Assembly: GCF_016432865.1 (NCBI RefSeq)
Contig: NC_067402.1
Span: forward strand, 299,460,001-299,524,000
Source of the DNA: Antechinus flavipes
Taxonomy: Eukaryota
Length of the DNA: 64,000 nucleotides
Reading direction: 5' to 3'
Shown: one piece after another, positions 23,876 to 36,525 of the stretch
How positions within the stretch are numbered: position 1 is the stretch's first letter
Layout: each line of letters opens with the position of its first letter
Made by a program: the position numbers and the translations under genes
The notes under the pieces: model-generated
The model's database searches: none
Told to the model about the DNA's origin: nothing
Seen by the model: only the letters and a program-made list of their open reading frames with translations

Positions 23876-24647
23876 GTATGTAGAGGCCAGCTCTCAGGTA
23901 ACAGCAATGGGGTGGGGGGCAAGTAGACCCCCCCATCTGGGACTGCATTAATGCGGGAGGTATTGGCTCAGCTCGGCTCCTCGTGGGGCCCCATTAGTGC
24001 GGCCAGTGCCGCTGGGCTCGCCTCTCCTGCCCCCACCTTAGCTGCCTCAGCCCATACAATGTTACAAACTTTGGGTTGTATCTTTGCAGGTTGAGATGGG
24101 GGAGCCCAGTTTGCAGCCGAGCCGGCCAGGGACTCTCGGCCCCTTTGATGCAGCAGCTGCAGACCCTGAAGCCGCCCAAACCGAAGCCCTTTGGGCTACC
24201 TTAGAGTAGAGGAGCATGGCCTGTAGAAATAGTAAGCACTATTCTGTGGCCTCCTAGAGCCTTCCGAATTGACCGCAGGGTCTTCTGGTTGGGGGGTGTG
24301 AGAAGGGCGCCAGTGAACCAGAGAGTGTCTTGGAGAAGCCGGACAGAATGGAAGGGCCTGGAGCCCACGTGCTCCACTGGGTTTGGAATAGGTCAGAAGA
24401 GCCAGGGGAGTCGGAGATTTCCAGTATCTGAAGTTCTGTCACTGGGGGGAGGGTTGAGCCTTGTTCAGCTGGGCCTCAGAGAGCTGAAAGGGGGTGGGGA
24501 AGAGGATCGGCAAAGAAGCCCACTGAGGCTGGAGGATAAAGGAAAGTCTTCCTCCCAAGAGATGACCTCCTGTGTAATGGGCTGACTTCTTGCAGCCCTT
24601 CCTTGCAGCCTGGAAAGTAGACTAGAGGCCACTTGAGCCCATCCCAG
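23876..24647 (+). other. Predicted 5' UTR intron of copy 2
   Basis: ACG|GTATGT donor; cccatcccAG|ttctcATG acceptor. Confidence 0.5.
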
Positions 24648-24652
24648 TTCTC

Positions 24653-25375
24653 ATGGCTTCTTGTGTCCATACCTCCATAGGCGATCCAGACAGACGCAGA
24701 ATCAAGATGTATAAGTTGGTGGTGATGGGCACCGGTTCTGTGGGCAAGACTGCACTGACCATTCAGTTTACTAAGAATCGTTTTGTGACCCAGCATGACC
24801 CCACCATCCAAGATTTCTACTGTAAGAAAACAGTGGTGGACAAAGAGCGGTGCCAGCTGCACATCGTGGATACCACAGGTACTGAAGAGTACTACCTTCT
24901 CAGGAACCATTCCGTGCACTGGGGAGAGGGATTCCTCTTGGTCTATGCAGTGAATGACCCCCACTCTTTTGAGAACGTGAATTTATTCTGGGATCGTCTG
25001 TGGAGGCTCAAGGGCACCGCCCCTGTGCCCGTGGTGTTGGTGGCCAACAAAATCGATGTGACCGATAGTCTAGTGGACCCCACATGGGGCAAGGAGATGG
25101 CCAGGCGCTTAGGGGTCCCTTATGTGGAGGCATCAGCCAAGACTGGACAAGGTGTGGAGCAAGCCTTCCATGAATTAGTTTGTGAAATCCGTAGGATCCG
25201 AGCTGAGGAGGAGGAGGTCAAGAGTCACCCCAATACTGAGCAGAAGGAGGCCTCTGGTTCAACTGTTGCACAATCCAGTGAACAGGTACTCCCTTACCCT
25301 GATCCTGCCCTTTTGGGCATCCTCAGGATTTCTCCAGGACCCTCTTGGAGGGACCCATCTGTGTTTCTTTGTTAA
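24653..25375 (+). CDS. Ras-like GTPase copy 2 (240 aa; intact G domain, frameshifted C-terminus lacking CaaX)
   Basis: G1 GTGSVGKT, G2 HDPTIQDFY, G3 DTTGT, NKID, EASAK. A 1-nt deletion near 25255-25265 shifts the CTIQ-stop (still visible as tgcacaatccagtga at 25267-25281) out of frame. Confidence 0.85.
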   Translation: MASCVHTSIGDPDRRRIKMYKLVVMGTGSVGKTALTIQFTKNRFVTQHDPTIQDFYCKKTVVDKERCQLHIVDTTGTEEYYLLRNHSVHWGEGFLLVYAVNDPHSFENVNLFWDRLWRLKGTAPVPVVLVANKIDVTDSLVDPTWGKEMARRLGVPYVEASAKTGQGVEQAFHELVCEIRRIRAEEEEVKSHPNTEQKEASGSTVAQSSEQVLPYPDPALLGILRISPGPSWRDPSVFLC

Positions 25376-26372
25376 TTGATTTGTGTTGGATTTTTGCTTT
25401 TGTTTCCCCTTTTGAGCAGGAATGACTACCTCAGTACCTGGGTATCCTGACCAGGCAAGAAAAGACTCCATTCCTCCTTGAGTACACAGCCTCCCCCCAC
25501 TCCCGGCTTCTCAGCCTGCCAGAGCCCCCAGAGACAGCCAGCTCCCTGGAGGCTTTCTGTCTAGTCTGGCCTTCATCTTCAGCAGCCTCCTCTGCCTTCC
25601 TGGAGGCCGTGTGTGGGACTTTCTTTATTGGGCTGTCCCCTGCTCCCCTTCTGAGACCCTGCCTCCTGAGACCAGGGCACCAGTGATTCTCCCTCCTGCC
25701 CCTGGGCTTGGTGTAATTGCTGTCTGGAGCCAGATCACCACCCCTGTCGGGGCCCAGAAAACCTTGTTTGTGATGATGGTGGGCAGCTCTGCTCTGAAGT
25801 AGTCCCCATTCAGTGACCCTCAAGACTACACTGGGGGAATATGGGTAGGGTTTTTTTTTGTTATTGTTGTTATTCACATTGAGTGTGTTTGTTCTCAACT
25901 TGGTTATCATCTGGAGCACTTTGGATCGCAGTGAGAGGTTGGGGCGGAATGAGGCTGCCTCCTACCAGGAGGATGCCTTTAGACAGAAGTGCTATTAATA
26001 TTATAATTTCTCTTTTAGCAGCCAGATGCACCCCTTTAGACATTGCACGTTGCAGTATTTTAATTGCCTCCAAGAGAAGTGGAGTGGAGGGGTCTGGCTG
26101 TAAATGTTCTGAGCAGATACCTCACAGCTGCAGGTCAGGTGGGGGTCTGCTTAGGAACCTCTTGACAGGGGCATCTTTGTATTATCTCAGGAGTTCTGGT
26201 GAAAAGGGCAGTGGGTCATTCTCTGATTTCAATTATAGGTATTAAGGATTCTAATGCAATTTTTTGGCTTTTTTGGGAGCAGGGATTGAGTATGAAGAGG
26301 AATTCATTTTAAAGGGACTTCTTTCACACTTGGATTTAAAGTTGATTATTTTTTTTTCTAGAATTTCTGACA

Positions 26373-26378
26373 AATAAA
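26373..26378 (+). terminator. Poly(A) signal of copy 2
   Basis: AATAAA plus GT-rich downstream element, homologous to 8347. Confidence 0.6.
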
Positions 26379-28689
26379 AGTTGTTTGTTTATACGTGTGT
26401 TTGTGGCAGTTTCTCATGGGTTGATATGCTTGGGGTAGGAATCACATGAGGGCAGTATGGCCTAGTGGAGAGAGAGCTGGGTTTGGGAGTGAGGAAGGCA
26501 TGGATGCTGTAGCTGTGGGACCTTGAACTTCAGTTTTCTCACCAGTAAAATGTGGGGGCAGAGAAGGGCAGGGTTGATCTAGAGACTCTCAGGTCTCACT
26601 TAACTCTACCACCGGGATGGCTCTAAGTCTATGAAGCTCAGTTCAGTGAGACGATAGTGATTCTTATCTATCATCTAGCCATCATAATATTTATCTCTAA
26701 ATCAGTCATCTCATTATTTTTCCTTTTGATCAGGTTCTTCTTTCACACTATTGTTGAATTATATCTTACATGATAGCTAATTATTCACTAATCATCTCTA
26801 TTAATGTCATCTTTCATTTATTACAGACCAGTTCGATATCATCTATTATCTCGCATCTTTTTATATAGTTATCATTTCTCTCACCTCAGTTTTAACTTAA
26901 CAGAATCAAAAATACTCATTTTGCGTTTCATAATGTTCTCTACTTCTTTATCCAAAATTTCCTCCCTTCTCCAGACAAGTTGGACTATTCCTTGTTCTCC
27001 TAATTTGTCTATAATATCTCCCTTTATTTCTAAACCATGAACACATTTCTACCTTACGTTGGTGTTGGGTGTTAAATGTTAGTCAAAGCCTACCTTCGGC
27101 CATAGTATTTTCCAATTTTCCTGGCAATTTTTTGTCAAACAGAGAGCTCTCAGCCCAGAAATTGGTGTCTTTGGGTTTAATCACACACTTGATCACTACA
27201 GTCATTGACCAAAGGATTGAGGTGGTATCTCATTGGTGCTTTAATTGCTAATCAAGTTATTTAGAGCACTTCTTCATATGCCTAGAGATAGCTTTGATTA
27301 TTTCATTTGAAATCTGCCTGCTTGTATCCTTCGATTTGTCTCTTCAGGAATCATTTTTATTCTTATAAATTTGGCTCATTTCACCAACGAAGCCTTTATG
27401 GGAGACACTTACAGTAAAGACTGTTTTCCAGCTTTCTGCTTTCCTTCTAGTCTTGATAGCATTTGGTTTGGTTTGTGTAAAAACTCTTAAAGTTTAATTT
27501 AATCAAGATGATCTATATGCATTTTGCCATGTTCTCTCCATTTGATCAAAAATATTTTCTCTTCCTATAAGTTCGATAGACTATTCTTTGCTCTTCTAAT
27601 TTGCTTATCATCCCCCTTTATCTCTAAATTATGTAGCTATTCAGACTTATCTTAGTATAAATTAAGAGATACAGCTTTATACATACTTTGTGTCCAATGC
27701 CCTCCCCCCCACCTCCAGTTTTCCCAGTTTTGTAAGAAGTGAGTTCTTATCCCAGAAATCTTTAGGTTTATCCAACAGTAGATTACCATAGTCTTTGGCT
27801 ATTATATATTATGTACCTAATTTCTTTCATCAGTTCACTATTTCTTAGCCAGAACCAGATGGTTTTGAGGGTTAGTGCTTTATAATGTAGTTAGAGATCT
27901 GATATTGCTAGACTATCTTCCTTTGTTATTTGGTCCTCATTACTTCCCTTGATTTTTTAAACTTTTTTTCTTCCAGATGAGTTTTTTTTTAACTTTTTTC
28001 AGATAGTCTTGGTTATTTGATGGACACGGCCCTGAATAAGTAAATCAAATAGAATATATTTAAAATCAAGAGCTAACATTATCTAATGGAGATAAATTAC
28101 AATCTTTTCCCATAAATTCAGGGTGAAACAATGATGTTCACTGTCACCGTTTGACACGGTATAAGAAAACTGAGGGAATAACTATAGGAAACCAAGAAGA
28201 TTCACAGTTATCACCTTTGCAGATAATGCACCTAAAAAACTTAGATTTAAGTAAAAATTAATTGAAAAATACTTTAAGTAAATTTGCAAGAGATAAAAAC
28301 ATCCACACAAATCATTGTCATTTCAATCTAACACCAATAAACCTCAGTAGGAAGATAAAGAGAAATATCACTTACAATTACTATAAAATATATCAAGTAC
28401 TTTGGAATTTCCTACCAAGATATAGATATAAGAATTATAAAAATACAACTGCAAGTAACTGCTTATTAACAGTACTACACAATTGGAAAATTATATATTA
28501 ATTGCTCATGAAATTAAATAAAAGTTTCTGAGATGTGTGCCTGAATGCAGAGGACAGCATTCGTATTAACATTTTGAATTAGATACTAGTAGCTTCCCAT
28601 AGCATCCATTGGGGGAGAGGGGTTATTACTGCTCTTGTTAGTTATTCCCATTGCTCTGGGAATTTGTGGGAGCCAATGAGCTCCCACAA

Positions 28690-29190
28690 ATTTGGAATTT
28701 GGAAGAGAATCCTTAGCTCCCAGGAAGGATAGAAACAGAAGAGCCAGAGATCTCCTTGGCCTCTGTGGCCAGGCAGGGATGGAGAGAGAGCCAGTGGAAG
28801 CAAGGCAGAGTTGCGTGACAATGTCAAGCAGTAGATTCTTTCCACCTCTTGGCCAGTCACTCTACATATTATATGCATATGAACTGGCCAGGTTTCTGGA
28901 GTAACCATATGCCTGCCCTAAAGGATATTCCTTAGTAAAGATGCCAGGAGGATGGCCAATCCTCTTCATGCTTCCCGAGATTGATCAGATTGTTAGCTAG
29001 GAGTGCATTTCAAAATTCTAAACAAATTTGCACAAAGGCGTGCCCGAGACTCACTAAGATTCCTCACTCGGATTCCCTACAAAGTCTCACTCACTAATAC
29101 ATCTGTAGTTGATATCTATTGCTCTGGATTCTGGCACGAGACTATGGTTTAACAATGGATAAATCTTAAGTGTACATATCCATAAGAGAC
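28690..29190. mobile_element. Probable LTR-derived segment
   Basis: Repeated at about 63745-63925 and absent from unit 1 (junction near 11540). Composition is LTR-like; family not identified. Confidence 0.4.
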
Positions 29191-31559
29191 AGAGTAACAG
29201 TGAATGGAGGCCTGGCCTTGGAGCCAGGAAAGCAGTTTGACTTTGTGGTCCTGGGCAAGTAATTTCATTTTAGTTCCCTTTCAAGGACAAATACTAGAGA
29301 AGAGGCTGATCTGCATGGATTTTTAGAGGGAGTTTTCACTCACTGTACAGGAGTTCATGTTATTACTAAAACCATGGGTCCTGTCTTTGTACACATACAC
29401 ACACCCCAGTTCTGAATTTTTTGCAACAAATATTAATATAACATCTTATAAAGTAATTTAGCAAACACTGATTGATAATTTCTCGGGCAAGACCCTGGGC
29501 TGGGCACAGTAGGGGGACATAAAAATGGATGAATGTAATTTGCGGCAAAAATGTCCCACAGCTTTCGAGGGTAAGAAAGCCTGTGCTTTCAATCCAAAAG
29601 AAGACTTTTTTTTTACTTCTTCTTTAGGTGAAATATTTGTGTTCTTGTCCTCACAGTTTTCAAGTCCAGCTGATTAATTCCAGCAGTAAGCATTGCTCTA
29701 TGGGGGAAGTTTGGGCGGTTTTTAGGATAAAGGGCCTGAAGGAGATTGCCTGGAATTCTATGGGGACTGCCTTGCTAGAAGGAACTCTAAAAATTTTCAT
29801 GAGGCATGTGTCGAAATGGACATATACAGACCTTATTTAGAGAACCTTTTGTACGGGGGGAAATCGCTGCAACAATTTCTATTCACAACAGTTGTCATCT
29901 GAAAAGAGAGCAATACTAAACTGATGCTGAGGTTTCCTATAGGGACAGCTCTTTGTAGGTTGGAAGTCTCTATGTGGACCAGATTTCTGTTCAATAGGAA
30001 AGCTAGTTCTTTTTGTCTTTGCTCTATCATTTGTGAGGTAAAAAAATATCCTAAAGGGCTAATAAACCCAAGGCCAAGTAAGCAGAGATATGTGGTCAAT
30101 TTTGTAAAATGCTTTTTATTTTGTTGGCTTATTTGTAGAACTTATGAAATACACACAGATCAGTTTAGGTATAGTTCCAAATTGCTTTACAAATTGACTA
30201 GATCAACTTAGAACTACACCAAAAGTATGTCATTGTGTTAGTTTTTCTAAGAGAGTTTCTTATATTTGATATTTTCGCTTTTTTGGTCAACTTTAGTCAA
30301 TCTGACTGAGGTAGAATTTTGTAGTTTGTACGTTTCCAATTACTAATGATTTGAAATATTTTTAAAATATCCTATGAATTTTTGGGGGGATGCATCTCTT
30401 CTTTTGGGGGGCTCTCTTCTTTTGAAAACTGCTACATCATCCATTTCCTTGACAATTTATCAAATACAGAATTTGTTCCTGTTATATATTTGAATTGGTT
30501 ACTTTAAAAAAGACCTTTATTATAGAAAATTGATGCAAAGTCTTTTCTCCAATCAACTGTTTCCTAGCTACATAGTCCATAGCTCTAAAAAGAGTCATGT
30601 AAAATAGTTGGTGGCATACCACTCACACCAGCCATGTTTTATCAGAATTTTGTTTTTTTTCTGAGAGTTAAAAATTAATTGAATTAAAGTTAAAATTTGA
30701 TCTTTCTCAAGACTTCTCAAAAGCTTTCTGTTTCTCATCAAGCTGGCATTCTATTTCACATGTTTCCCCCCATCCCCATTCAGTAATATAATATGCTTTC
30801 ATTAGAAGAGGAGAGTATCTAATGTGAATATTATCTCCTCTCCTTGTCTTATCATTTGTGTGTAATATATAATGTAGGAATCTTATTTATTATCTTCAAA
30901 TGAAATTGAACTATTCATGGCAATTTTAGTTTCAGTCATTTCTCCATGTTTTGGGGCTCTATGCTTACAAAAAAAGAACCCAAAGTAGCATATCTGAACA
31001 ACTGATTTTATCAACAAGCATTTCAATAATTGCTTAGGATGGGTCACACTGCCAAACCCTGAGGATACAAGGAGAACAAAACAAAAGAGTAAAACCCAAA
31101 CCACTCCCTGCTCAAGCAGTTCAGTCTAAACCGAAAGAAAGCATGCAAAAAGTTGTGTACAAATATCATCTTTCTATAAATCATATAGTTTATGGGTGTG
31201 TGTAAATGTAAAACTAGATTCTGTCTTTATGTGTGTATATGTATTATGTCTATGTACCGGGACAGAGACAGAGACAGAGAAGATATAACCAACAGCCTCC
31301 TTCCATAGCAAAGATAATTGGCAAGAAGGGTACAAGTGAAAGTTCCTGTGGCTTGCATGGCTAGCCTCTGTCCATGGTCCTGGGTAATAACCCAGTAACA
31401 ATTAATTTAGTAATAACTAAAAGAGTAGCCACGTCATTTCTAGCTGAGATTTTAGACATGGAAAAAAGGAGATAAGAGGGAGGCACACACATCGAAGGAG
31501 AATAGGAATTAGGAAAGACTTCTGGTAGTAGGTGAGACTTAGCAAGAATTTGAAAGAAG

Positions 31560-34440
31560 AGAGAATAATTTGAGCCATTATTGGCTGTCTCTGGGTAAAA
31601 GATCTTGCGGTTTTGTCTACAAGAAGAGCTTCTCCTCTCCGTTTCCAACTTCCTCCAGATGACAAAGGCCCATTCTCTGGGGAATGGCTGTCCCAGAGCA
31701 GCCAGAAATCCTCACACCCCGACCGCGGTGATTCCGAGGCCTCCGCTGGGAGGGAAGGCCGAGGTCCGCGGGGCCTTGAGGTAGACACGGTTCTTTCAGG
31801 TCCCGATCTCTCGGAAGCACCCTCTACAAGTGCCGGTTCCCCAGACCTACCTGTGCCATCGCCACTGCTGGAGGTCTTCCCACCTTCAACTCCAGGTCCT
31901 GGGTGAGGAAATTTCTCCGGAGTGGCCACTGCGGACTGGCCGAGGGCCCGGAAACCCCGCCCCTTGGGACCACTTTCGCTACCAAGCAGATCAGCACTCT
32001 GGAGAGCTCCTCCAAACTGGGCGCCTCAGAGAGGCGGGAATCGGCGGGAGGGATGCAGCTGTCTCAAGTTCCGATCAAAACCTGGGCCCAAAGTCACCGC
32101 AAGAGGCTGAAACGCCAGTTGCAGGACTTGGGGCCCCCGACCCCCTCCAGGCTTCCCCCTCCGCTTTTACAGCCTCTTACCCCAGGGCTCAGCCCCAGAG
32201 CCGCCGCGGGCCTGCCGTACGTGTACCCCAACTGGCCGCAGCTCCGAAGCCCCGAGCTTGTCCAGGAGCTTGTTGCCGATGTCCCCTCTGCCCTTCTCCC
32301 GGGCTCCTGAAAAGTTGCCCCTCCCACCATCCCCTCGGTGCTGGCTCCTCTGCTAAGCGGCTGTCGGGACCACGCCGCCTTCCTGAGGGCCACGTGACCT
32401 TACAGGCCTATAATGCCCCCTGGTGGGGGCTGACTGGTACTGAGAGAGGAGAGAGAATAAGGGAGCAAGAGACAGATCCCTCCGGGAGAGAGTCTAACTC
32501 GGAAGACTTCAGGAAATAATGGTCTGCGCTGCCTTCTGCCCCTGGAAGTACTCCATACATGAACTTGCACACATTTGTGAAATTATTTGAAGTGGATTAA
32601 GAACAGAGAATTCTTTAGGGACATGTTAAATAATTATGTTTTTTTAAATAAATAATAAATAAAAGAATAGCTTCTACAATTCTAAATGTATTTTTTTTTC
32701 CTTTCATCTCTATCCTTCAATGGGGAATCTCTTCTTATCTTGAGAATAAATCTTACCAGTTACATTCCACATGTTTCCTTTTCTCCCTTGGCCGATTCCC
32801 TTCTTTCCCTACTTTTCCCTTTCCTCTAAAATGCTTTCCTGTTCTTCCCCAAGACCCTACAGAATATTGTTATTTGACTGTGTACTCTAAGCTGGCCTGA
32901 AAAGTTAGAGAAGCACCGAATCTATATCCCAAGAATCTGAATCTGCTCCATCTGACAAGTAGCACCGGTATCCTGGCCCGTGATATTCTGTAGAGGAGGG
33001 GCAGGTCACAAATATGGTAAAAAGGTATGGGAGATGTGGAAGAGGAGTGAAGAGGGACTCATGGAGAATGCCCTTAAATTTTTTTTCTGTAAAAATGAGG
33101 TATAAAGTTCTTAGTTGAAACAGTTGAGGGAGGGGAGCAATGAAAGGGTTGAGGAGGGGTGAGAAGGGAGATCTATCTTCTTGGAGTCTCAGGAGAGAGT
33201 TGAGTGCCAGGTGGATCCCAAGGATATCCAAGGAGGATGAGCATCTCTGGTGTAAGGGCTTGCCAAATTGTTCTAGGTGTGTTTATAGTGTTACACTTTG
33301 AACGTCAAACCATTTTAGTAAGTCATTTGGATAAGAGGATAAAAACAATTGGTGAAGTGTTCTGCAAAAGCCAAAGTTGCCTCAATGAACCTTCCTGATG
33401 GCTTTTCCCAGCAAACCCCGGTCTGGGCTTTATCGAAGGGGCCTCTCCCTCTCCCAGAGGCCGGCTTTCTCCTATCCAGTCTCTGTGTGGCCTGGCTATC
33501 CAGGATTTATACGAACAGATTTGTTCATCTGCAAAAGGATCCCCGAATTAGGGTGCTGGCAGGTCATGGACCACCTTTCAGGGTTGTTTCAGGGTAAAAC
33601 AGGGTAAAAATTCCCAGCTGTGTGCAGGGGAAAGGCTCCCTAGATCAGCATCCCGTTTACAGCAGAAAGCCCCAGGCAGTCGGAGCAGATAACCCACATG
33701 GTGCTCCATAAACAATCTGCTTCTTTAGAAAAAGAGAGGGAAGAAGTGAAGGGGGGAGGGAGGAGAGTAGGGGTGGGGAAAAGGGAGAGAAACATCTTGG
33801 GCAAGGGGGAGAGAAGATGTAAACAAGAGAGCGAGGTGATTTTCCTTCTAGGAAACCATGTTAGCAATTGTGGACTCCTTGAAATCTTTATGGAAATTTC
33901 CACAGTGCCCAAAGGGCTTTGGGCCTCCAGTAAAAATAGCTGGCTTGGGAAATTCTGCAACAAGCCCCAGGATCTTGGGCTTCCTTTCATCAATCAAGCT
34001 TGGAAGGCAAGAAGAGCCTGGAGGGTGAAGGGTATCCCATATCCCCAACCTCAGGCATCTGCAAAGTTCTCTGACATCATTGCAACCTTAAGTCCTAGTG
34101 AGATTTCTAAACCTTGAATGGGGGTGTAAAGGAGCCATTACTGAAATTCCTTGACGCTGATTCAGAAAGGGAACAGCTTGGAAGAGGAAGGATCACGAGT
34201 AATTACACTCAAACCAATGGGGATGAACCTGAGAACGTAATTCCTGTTAGGAAGAGGTGGTAATCCTCTAGAATGGTCAAAGTTTGGAAAATGGAAAGCA
34301 TTTTGGCAGAAATTAGGTTTAGACCAATGACTTACATCTAAGGTATTCCTGAGCGCTGTCCCAGATATCAGTGTGTGAGCAAGGTCAAATAAAGGGAACG
34401 GATGCATTCCCTAGGACAGAAAGCAATTTCTGAATATTTG
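31560..34440. repeat. Block B (unidentified co-amplified segment with GC-rich core), upstream of copy 3
   Basis: Aligns along its length to about 40825-43735; partial copies at 15756-17340 and 49765-50160. Confidence 0.85.
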
Positions 34441-34849
34441 TCTCTTATGCCTTTTTGCCCACAAATTATAGCCAGAGAATGAGGGCAGATTGTAGCAATG
34501 GGGTTTGGAGTGGTGATTAAGGGTGTGAAGTGCGGATTGGGCAAAAGAAAGCCACAGTGACAAAGTCTGCTTTTTCCCCTGGGGCCTCGAGGATTGAGGA
34601 TTTCAGTGCACACTATCCTTTGGTGCAGAAACACTGGCTCTTGGACCTTCATCCTTTTCTCAGAATCCCAGGGGCACAACTACCCTGGCCCCAGACTACA
34701 TTGTGGGGCTGGGGCAAATAACCCTTATGGTACTTATAGGGCTTCTTCAAACTCCGCAGGGTGGTTTCCTGAGCTCCCAAAACACTGCCACACTCCCGTG
34801 TGCTCAAAGCTCCAGCAAGGGTAGACGAAGAGTTCCCTGAGGCGCTTGT

Positions 34850-34970
34850 ACTGAGGGGTGGGGCTCCCCAAAATCTTTTGGGGTGGAGCTTCCGAAATGA
34901 AGGGAGTTCTCATCTCAAAGGAGGGGGGCGTGGCCTAGTCTTAATGGCCTAGGGGCGGGGTTTCCGAAAT
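34850..34970 (+). promoter_or_regulatory. GC/GT-box cluster, putative promoter of copy 3
   Basis: gaggggtggggc, gggggcgtgg and ggggcgggg. Homologues at about 23605-23735, 44795-44925 and 57845-57975. Confidence 0.5.
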
Positions 34971-35104
34971 CACCCTGGAGACCTGGGGTTCTTAGGAGCC
35001 TAGCACTCAGCAGGAAGCGAACCTCTACTGCACTTCTTATTGTTCCACCCTAAAAGGCAAGACCTGAATGCGACCCGACTGGGTATTTTTACAGCTCCGA
35101 AACG

Positions 35105-35905
35105 GTATGTAGAGGCCAGCTGATTAGTTCATGTTAGCGGGATGTTGTGGGTGCTCATTGAGCCCAGTCTCAGTTAACAGCAATGGGGTGGGTGGTAAGT
35201 GGACCCCAAGTTAGTGCCATGTTGGACTACATTAATGCAGGAGGTTTTGGCTCAGGTGGGCTCGTCATGGGGCCGGATTAGTGTGGGCAGTGCCGCCGGG
35301 CTCGCCTCCCCTGCCCCCACCTTAGCTGCCTGAGCCCAAACGCTTGGGTTGTATCACTGCAGGTTCAGATGGGGGAGTCCAGTTTGCAACCAAGCCGTCC
35401 AGAGACTCTCGGCCCCTTCGATGCAGGAGCTGCAGACCGGCAGCCGCCCAAACCGAACCCCTTTGGGCTACATTACTGTGGAGGAGCATGGCCTGTAGAA
35501 ATGGTTAGCATTATTCTGTGGCCTCTTAGAGCCTTCGGAATTGACGACGGGGTCTTCTGGTCGGGGGTTTGAGAAGGGCGCCAGTGAACCAGAGAGTGTC
35601 TTGGAGAAGCCGGACAGAATGGGAGGGCCTGGAGCCCGCGTGCTCTAATGGGTTTGGAATTGCTCAGAAGAGCCAGGGGATTCAGAGATTTCCACTATCT
35701 GAACCTCTGTCCCTGGGGGGAGGGGGAGGGTTGAGCCTTGTTTGGCTGGGCCCCAGAGAGCTGAAAGGGGGCGGGGAAGAGCATTGGCAAAGGAGCCAAC
35801 TGAAGCTGGAGGCGGGAAATTTTCCTCCTGAGAGGTGGCCTCCTGTGAAATGGGCTGACTTCTTGCAGCCTGGAAAGTTACTAGATTCCACTTTAGCCCT
35901 TTCAG
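35105..35905 (+). other. Predicted 5' UTR intron of copy 3
   Basis: ACG|GTATGT donor; ccctttcAG|ttctcATG acceptor. Confidence 0.55.
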
Positions 35906-35910
35906 TTCTC

Positions 35911-36525
35911 ATGGCTTCTTGTGCCCATACCTCCATAGGCGATCCAGACAGAAGCAGAACCAAGATGTATAAGTTGGCGGTGATGGGCACCTGTTGTGTG
36001 GGCAAGACTGCACTGATCATGCAGTTTACTGAGAATCATTTTGTGACCGAGTATGACCCCACCATCCAAGATTTTTATCGTAAGCAAACAGTGGTGGACG
36101 AAGAGCCGTGCCAGCTGGACATCGTGGATACCACAGGCACTCAAGTGTTTTACTCTCTGAGGGACCAGAATGTGCGCTGGGGAGAGGGATTCCTCTTGGT
36201 CTATGCAGTGAATGACCCCCACTCTTTTGAGAATGTAAATGTCCTTGGGAACATTCTACGAAGGCTCAAGGGCACTGACCCTGTACCCGTGGTGTTGGTG
36301 GCCAACAAAGTAGATGTGACCAACAGGCTGGTGGACCCCACACGGGGCAAGGAGATGGCCAAGAGCTTCGGGGTCCCTTATGTAGAGACATCAGCCAAGA
36401 CTGGGCAAGGTGTGGAGCAAGCCTTCTATGAGCTGATTGGTGAAATTCGTAGGATCCGAGCTGAGGAGGAACTCAAGAGCCTTTCTAATATTAGCTGTGG
36501 GCGCAAGTGTTGCACAATCCAGTGA
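35911..36525 (+). CDS. Ras-like GTPase copy 3 (204 aa, CaaX CTIQ)
   Basis: ATG homologous to the other copies at 35911. G1 GTCCVGKT, G3 DTTGTQV, NKVD, ETSAK. Hypervariable region is 4 aa shorter, ending SCGRKCCTIQ. Confidence 0.92.
   Translation: MASCAHTSIGDPDRSRTKMYKLAVMGTCCVGKTALIMQFTENHFVTEYDPTIQDFYRKQTVVDEEPCQLDIVDTTGTQVFYSLRDQNVRWGEGFLLVYAVNDPHSFENVNVLGNILRRLKGTDPVPVVLVANKVDVTNRLVDPTRGKEMAKSFGVPYVETSAKTGQGVEQAFYELIGEIRRIRAEEELKSLSNISCGRKCCTIQ

Noticed and set aside
31560-32660. Block B as the 3' end of HDAC6, the eutherian ERAS neighbour
   Set aside because: No ZnF-UBP motif (WCPHL, CxxC...CGRY) or deacetylase motifs were seen in the translations I examined.
35569-35910. 318-aa ORF giving copy 3 a long N-terminal extension
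   Set aside because: It starts at TTG inside the predicted intron, and the frame is broken in the other copies. The homologous ATG is at 35911.
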